Below are positions 59,388-64,000 of a DNA stretch of 64,000 bases, one piece after another. The notes below the pieces were generated by a model. It worked only from the letters and a program-made list of their open reading frames with translations, was not told where the DNA came from and did not search any database. Source of the stretch: a virus. Its lineage: Duplodnaviria > Caudoviricetes. The stretch lies in the IMG/VR virus record IMGVR_UViG_2816332589_000001, positions 32,001 to 96,000 of that record, one strand, 5' to 3'. A program made the translations under genes and the position numbers. Within the stretch, counting starts at the first letter, position 1. The number at the start of each line of letters is the position of its first letter.

Positions 59388-59849
59388 CTACCGGCCGCAC
59401 GCCTCGCACAGCACGGGACGCGGGGTGGCGGCGTACGCGGCCTGGACGTCCTCGGTCTCAGCGGCGGCCCACGCGCCGCGCTGCGCGGCCTCGTTGGCGG
59501 CGGCGTGCGCAGCGTCCATCACGGACGCGTGCGTGGTGACCTCGACCGCGTCGCTGTGCATCGTGCGGTGACGCCACAGGATGCCGTCCGCGTCAATGGG
59601 GGCGAGCCCGGCGATCACGCAGCAGTGCGGGTTGGCCAGGAAGGCGCTGATGAGGAATTCGGTGCCGTCGGCGCGGTAGCCGAGGTGGGCCCAGACGGTG
59701 TACGGGCCGAGGTGGCGCAGCTCGGAGGTGGTGCGCTCTGCGCTCTCCGTCAGAGCCTTGGTGGCGGCCCACACCTGCTCTTCGATCACAAGCCAGGGCT
59801 TCTTGGTCTCGGTGCGGGCGGGACGCTTGCGGGTGCGGGTGCTGGGCAT
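59388..59849 (-). CDS. Hypothetical protein
   Basis: GGAGG RBS following the conserved leader. Confidence 0.7.
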   Translation of the reverse strand: MPSTRTRKRPARTETKKPWLVIEEQVWAATKALTESAERTTSELRHLGPYTVWAHLGYRADGTEFLISAFLANPHCCVIAGLAPIDADGILWRHRTMHSDAVEVTTHASVMDAAHAAANEAAQRGAWAAAETEDVQAAYAATPRPVLCEACGR

Positions 59850-59871
59850 GGCTGTGCCTCCGATGGTTGGT

Positions 59872-59937
59872 TGGGAGCGTTCGTTGGTCCCGCTCGCTCG
59901 TGCGGACCAACAAGGAAAACTGTACACCGTGTCCGGC
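59872..59937 (-). promoter_or_regulatory. Early promoter plus leader hairpin, copy A of a 66-bp direct repeat
   Basis: 63/66 identical to 60865-60930; GGTGTACAGT -10-like element followed by a hairpin with an ACGAGCGA loop. Confidence 0.75.
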
Positions 59938-60031
59938 GCGTGGGGGTAGGTCAGGCTCGGGATTTCCCGCTCCCGTGCTACCCCGCACCGGAGGGGGCCG
60001 GGCCGCCGCAGAAGGACGGCCCGGCGGGTGC

Positions 60032-60844
60032 TTACAGAGCGGCGGCGGCGCGGAGCTGGTTGTCCATCGAGCCCCACACCGTCAGGTTGACCGGCGCTTC
60101 CGTGTAGAGCAGGTGCAGGTCCACGTCCACCACGTTGTCCACGAACAGGCTCACGGTGGTCAGGCCGTACCCGTGCCGATCGTAGGTGTCCCCAGGGCGC
60201 AAGCCAGGAGCGGCGGCCCGCATCTGCTTGGCGAGCGGGCCGTAAACGGGGTGCTTGCGGCGCGGGTCGCGGTTGTCGGTGCGGATGGCGCGCAGCACCG
60301 TACGGGCCTGTTCGACCGTCAGACGCCGGAAGACGATGTGGGATGCGGCGTACTCGGGGGTGTCGTCCAGGTAGTCGCCGCGCGTGATCTTCGTGCTGTG
60401 CTCGACCTCGGCGTAGCTGCCGGGGACCTCCCAGGTGGTGAGCGCTTCGCCGTGGTACCAGCGAGTGCGTGCGTGGTCGGGGGCGACGCAGGCGAACTTG
60501 GCGGCTATCAGCCGGGTGCGGCTGACCTTGGCGTGCGCTTCTTCCAGGTCACCGGTGACGAGTTCGGCGAGCGTGCGCCCGATGGCGTCGGCGGTCAAGG
60601 TGTCTGCGGTGGCGGACACCTTCCGGCGGGTTCCGTCGTCCAGGAGTGCCACGGCGTACACCTCGTGGCCGCGGATACCGGCGAAGTGGATGTTGTGCCC
60701 GCGGTGGGAGCGCAGGGAGCCGCTCATGCCGTAGTACGCGGCGTGAATCATCCAGTCGCGGCCCAGGATGCTGCGCGCGGCGCCGAGGACAGTGGAAGCG
60801 GTGAAGGGCAGTTCGCGGGTGTCGGTGAGAATGGTTCGAGACAC
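60032..60844 (-). CDS. Hypothetical protein
   Basis: AAAGG RBS following the conserved leader. Confidence 0.7.
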   Translation of the reverse strand: MSRTILTDTRELPFTASTVLGAARSILGRDWMIHAAYYGMSGSLRSHRGHNIHFAGIRGHEVYAVALLDDGTRRKVSATADTLTADAIGRTLAELVTGDLEEAHAKVSRTRLIAAKFACVAPDHARTRWYHGEALTTWEVPGSYAEVEHSTKITRGDYLDDTPEYAASHIVFRRLTVEQARTVLRAIRTDNRDPRRKHPVYGPLAKQMRAAAPGLRPGDTYDRHGYGLTTVSLFVDNVVDVDLHLLYTEAPVNLTVWGSMDNQLRAAAAL

Positions 60845-60864
60845 GGGTGTGCCTTTCTGGTTGA

Positions 60865-60930
60865 TGGGAGCGTTCGTTGGTCCCGCTCGCTCGTGCGGAC
60901 CAACAAGGGAAACTGTACACCACGTCCGGC
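60865..60930 (-). promoter_or_regulatory. Early promoter plus leader hairpin, copy B
   Basis: Near-identical repeat of 59872-59937. Confidence 0.75.
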
Positions 60931-61009
60931 CATGGTGGGGGTGGGGCCCGACGGAAGTCCCGGGCCCCGCGCGGGGTGTTCCCACGGTGAACAGCGGGCC
61001 GGGCTACGG

Positions 61010-62086
61010 CTACTTCGCCGGCGGGTACGCCAGCAAGTGACCAGGCCACGCCGTGTCAGGCTCAACGCGCCAACCAGCTGCCCGCAGAACCCCTCCTGCG
61101 CGCTCCCGCTCCTCAGCATCATCCGTGCCGATCTCGCTCAGACAGACACCGGGCGCCTTCTCGCCCGAGGGTGCCACCGCGCTCACCATGAGCCCGGTCT
61201 CCTCACACAGGTAGCTCCCCTTACCGATCGACTCTCCGTACCTGACCAGGCGAAGCCCAGCGTCGGCGAGCAGGGCGATCGCGGCGTCCACGTCCGCGTG
61301 CCGCCGCCACTCGGGGAAGCGCCCGACCGCCGGCGTGGTGCTCTTCGGCACCCACTGCACGTGGTACAGGTCCTCCTCCGGCAGAGAGTAGGCCACCATG
61401 CGCCCCGTACTCTCCACCTCGTCGTACAGGAGCACGTTCGCAACGTCCACCAAGGCATCTATCCGCTCGTACTGAACCAGCGGGCCGTAACCGGTCACTT
61501 CGCGCACTTCCCTGCGCAGCCACGCCAGCCCGTCACCAAGGATCTCGTCCGCGCGCTCCAGGGCATCCCACAGCTTCGGCGCAGTGGCCATGCAGGCATC
61601 GGCGAGGATGTGCCGCCGCTCGGCATGCATCGCTTCGGCCGCGGCTTCTTCCTCGGTGTCCGCCGTCGCCACGTGCACCCGGGTCCACGAGTCCATGACC
61701 AGCCACGGCGCGGTGACGGGAATGTCGGAGGCGACCGGCGCGAACCGGGGGCTACTGGTGTCGTGCGGCCGGTCGTCCACGAACACGTCCGTACGGCCGG
61801 GCACGCTCGTCACCGCGAACCCAGCGGCGGTGAGCCGTTCAACGATCTGCGCCTTGTACTTCTCGCGGCCGAGAGCGGGCCCGTGCGTCCAGACCGGCCG
61901 GGTGGGCGTACCGCCGTGCCACCGGACGAACATGCGGCGCGGCTCGACGGTATCGAGGGATTCGACGCGGAACCCCTCGTGCACCACGCCGGGTACGTAC
62001 TCCGGCAGGGAGCGGGCGAGCAGCGTCGTGACCCGGGCAGCCAGGTCTACGGAGTGAAGCGGAGCGACGCGCGGTTCAGTGGTCAT
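61010..62086 (-). CDS. Hypothetical protein
   Basis: AGGAG RBS before MTTEPRV. Confidence 0.65.
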   Translation of the reverse strand: MTTEPRVAPLHSVDLAARVTTLLARSLPEYVPGVVHEGFRVESLDTVEPRRMFVRWHGGTPTRPVWTHGPALGREKYKAQIVERLTAAGFAVTSVPGRTDVFVDDRPHDTSSPRFAPVASDIPVTAPWLVMDSWTRVHVATADTEEEAAAEAMHAERRHILADACMATAPKLWDALERADEILGDGLAWLRREVREVTGYGPLVQYERIDALVDVANVLLYDEVESTGRMVAYSLPEEDLYHVQWVPKSTTPAVGRFPEWRRHADVDAAIALLADAGLRLVRYGESIGKGSYLCEETGLMVSAVAPSGEKAPGVCLSEIGTDDAEERERAGGVLRAAGWRVEPDTAWPGHLLAYPPAK

Positions 62087-62453
62087 CGGGAGACTCCTGA
62101 TCAGTACGGAAAGGGAAGGCAAGACGGGGCCGCAGCAGGCGCAGGCGGGACCGCCACGGCGTTCGGGACACGACGCGCACCACGGCGGCCACCGTGGACG
62201 CGTCGAGCCCTTCCGCGGGCACCTCGACGGCCACAGGCGGCCGGTGCGGGGCGCGCGGGCGGATGACGATGAGCAGTTGGCCGGAGCGGGTGGTGGGCGC
62301 CGACACGGCGATGCGAGTGCGGCGGGTTTCGACGGTGCCGCTCGGCTCGACGCGCCCACCGAGGAGCCGGGCAAGCTCGTACCGCAGGGCGTCCGCGCGC
62401 AGCACAGCCTGCACGCGGTCCGCCCCCGGCCACAGAGCCGGCCGGTCACCCAT
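62076..62453 (-). CDS. Hypothetical protein
   Basis: Overlaps neighbours within the operon-like run. Confidence 0.5.
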   Translation of the reverse strand: MGDRPALWPGADRVQAVLRADALRYELARLLGGRVEPSGTVETRRTRIAVSAPTTRSGQLLIVIRPRAPHRPPVAVEVPAEGLDASTVAAVVRVVSRTPWRSRLRLLRPRLAFPFRTDQESPDDH

Positions 62454-62739
62454 CGGTCAGGCTGGGCGTGCCGCCGGGGAACGCCGCCAGATAGGCCAGA
62501 TGCTCACGGTGAAACTGAGTGATCTCCGCGTCGGTGAAGCGGCGCCCGACCGCGGCCGCGCACTCCCGGGCGAGGAGAAACCGGCCGTGCAGCCAGCGAA
62601 GCCGGGACTCCGGCGGCCACGCGGCCGTGGGCCACACGACGGCCCAGTCACGCCCGGCCTCGACGAGCGCGGTTGCGTACTCGCCGAACTCCCGCATCAT
62701 GATGTCGCCGAGCTGGCCGCGCTCCTTCTCGTTCGACAC
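62446..62739 (-). CDS. Hypothetical protein
   Basis: GGAGG RBS before GTG. Confidence 0.55.
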   Translation of the reverse strand: MSNEKERGQLGDIMMREFGEYATALVEAGRDWAVVWPTAAWPPESRLRWLHGRFLLARECAAAVGRRFTDAEITQFHREHLAYLAAFPGGTPSLTDG

Positions 62740-62741
62740 GG

Positions 62742-63380
62742 CTACGCCTCCGACGGGGCTGCGGCGAGTACGAACACGTGAAGGCACGTCACGAGCGACG
62801 GCAGACCTGCATTCCGCCATCCCTCAGCGTCGTACCGGCTGTACCGCACGTAGACCCGTCCCGCGGCCTCGTCGTACCGCACCCGGACGCGGTCATGCTC
62901 GGCGACAATCCCCGACAGCACCTGCGCGGCCTCCGCCGCGGTGATGACGCCGGGAATGTCGTATGCCGCGTCCTCGTCGTGCGCCGCGACCAGTTCCCGC
63001 ACCGGCACGAGCAACCCCGAACTCTGATGCTCGGTGACGTACTGCGCGCAGTCGTGCAGGGGCGGGAACGCGAGCAGCGTCCGGCCCGGCAGGGTGGGGC
63101 CCGGGTCGGCGGGCACGAACCGCTGCCGCGCGTCCCACTTCTCGACGGCCCGGCCCAGGGCCGCGCGCACCTCGGCGTCGGACCACCAGCCGGTGCCGTC
63201 GTCCTGGTCGTCGTTCAGCCCGTCGTACCGGGACGGCACCCATGACCCGTTGGTGCGGGTCCACACGTCCCCGGTGTGCGTCCACACGTAGCGGTCGCCA
63301 TCGGTGAAGAACAGTGGGGCGGACGGCGGGGGAAACAAGGCCGACTGCACGACCGGGGCGTTCAAGGACATGGTGGACAC
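62742..63380 (-). CDS. Hypothetical protein
   Basis: GGAGA RBS before GTG. Confidence 0.6.
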   Translation of the reverse strand: MSTMSLNAPVVQSALFPPPSAPLFFTDGDRYVWTHTGDVWTRTNGSWVPSRYDGLNDDQDDGTGWWSDAEVRAALGRAVEKWDARQRFVPADPGPTLPGRTLLAFPPLHDCAQYVTEHQSSGLLVPVRELVAAHDEDAAYDIPGVITAAEAAQVLSGIVAEHDRVRVRYDEAAGRVYVRYSRYDAEGWRNAGLPSLVTCLHVFVLAAAPSEA

Positions 63381-63510
63381 GGGGGGATCTCCAAGCGGTG
63401 AGTACGGGTACGGCGGGGCGCGGTGCGCCCTGCTCACGGCCGTGACGGGCACGGCCGAGGGGAGGGAGCAGCGGGCCGGCCGGGGCGGGGACGGGCCGCC
63501 CCGGGCGGGG

Positions 63511-63957
63511 TCAGCGAAGGACGAACGAGAGCCACGCGGGCACGTGCAGCGGGCGAACGGACCGCTGGTTGGCGGAGAGCCGCAGTTCCTCGGCCAGCTC
63601 CCCCAGCTCGGCGCCCGACGCCTCGAAGTCGTCATGGCCACCGACAAGGCTCAGGGCTTCGGCTCGGGACGGCTCGGTGCGGAACGCGGACACGGTGAAC
63701 ACGCGGAAGCGGATGGCGGCGGAAGACCAGCCACCAGGCTCGACGCGGCTGTTCATGCTCGTGCTGCCGAACACGATCCGGTCGCCCCACTGGAGATCCG
63801 CGCCGGTCGGCGGAGCCCAGGCAACCCCGTACGGGGGCGGAGCCTCGATCAGGCGGCGGTGAGCGTCGCTGGCGCTGCGGGGGACGTAGAAGGCGGACAC
63901 GCGGGGGATGCTGGTCACGGGATGCTCCAGGAGAGGGACGCCGGGGCGCGCGCTCAC
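63511..63957 (-). CDS. Hypothetical protein
   Basis: Member of the - strand run; start uncertain. Confidence 0.5.
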   Translation of the reverse strand: MSARPGVPLLEHPVTSIPRVSAFYVPRSASDAHRRLIEAPPPYGVAWAPPTGADLQWGDRIVFGSTSMNSRVEPGGWSSAAIRFRVFTVSAFRTEPSRAEALSLVGGHDDFEASGAELGELAEELRLSANQRSVRPLHVPAWLSFVLR

Positions 63958-64000
63958 ACGCCCCGGCCGGATGGCGGACTCAGATGCGGAACAGCGCCTC

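Larger units (their letters stand above)
18162..60992. repeat. Dispersed 15-bp imperfect palindrome GTTCAYCGYGRGAAC (parS-like), nine copies
   Basis: Copies start at 18162, 19016, 24113, 24164, 26390, 26441, 30397, 48559 and 60978. Confidence 0.8.
1..64000. mobile_element. Part of a large temperate siphovirus-like phage-plasmid of an actinomycete (probably Streptomyces)
   Basis: Syntenic head-neck-tail-lysis genes occur together with ParA/ParB, Rep/DnaC-like, ERF, SSB, WhiB and TA genes. No housekeeping genes are seen. Element ends are not visible. Confidence 0.85.

Noticed and set aside
59883-59911. Guanidine-II (mini-ykkC) riboswitch, suggested by GC-ACGA-GC
   Set aside because: That class needs two tandem ACGR-tetraloop hairpins and transporter-type downstream genes. 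Here the hairpins are single and the conserved unit is an 8-nt loop.
1-64000. tRNA or rRNA genes
   Set aside because: No cloverleaf or rRNA-like sequence was recognised by eye. A tRNAscan-SE/Infernal run would be needed to exclude them.

Overview
High-GC actinobacterial DNA, most likely from Streptomyces. The whole window reads as part of one large temperate siphovirus-like element with plasmid features (a phage-plasmid). The + strand from 1 to 29.2 kb holds the virion module: the 3' part of a giant head-associated protein, a prohead protease fused to a 2H phosphoesterase, HK97 capsid, neck, major tail, tail chaperones with a -1 frameshift, tape measure, minor tail genes and holin. An inverted parB-parA pair is inserted inside the tail operon. 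Early and accessory blocks follow: ERF, Rep plus DnaC-like loader, WhiB, ParB-N/TerS-like/endolysin/SSB, an ECF sigma with putative anti-sigma, a second Rep-like wHTH protein, an XRE/IrrE-like/membrane/amidase cassette, a decayed CRISPR mini-array, a serine recombinase with a HicA-like tail plus HicB, and a run of small - strand hypothetical genes. Portal and large terminase are not in the window. The most notable signals are non-coding: (1) a leader hairpin with a conserved ACGAGC(G/A)A loop, variable stems and a downstream complementary ACGCTCC, upstream of six early genes; (2) a promoter motif in 15 copies before late genes; (3) a 15-bp parS-like site in nine copies; (4) a ~580-bp non-coding tract with about 36 GTAC palindromes; (5) a perfect 23-bp inverted repeat. 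All product calls come from motif recognition by eye, with no database searches.
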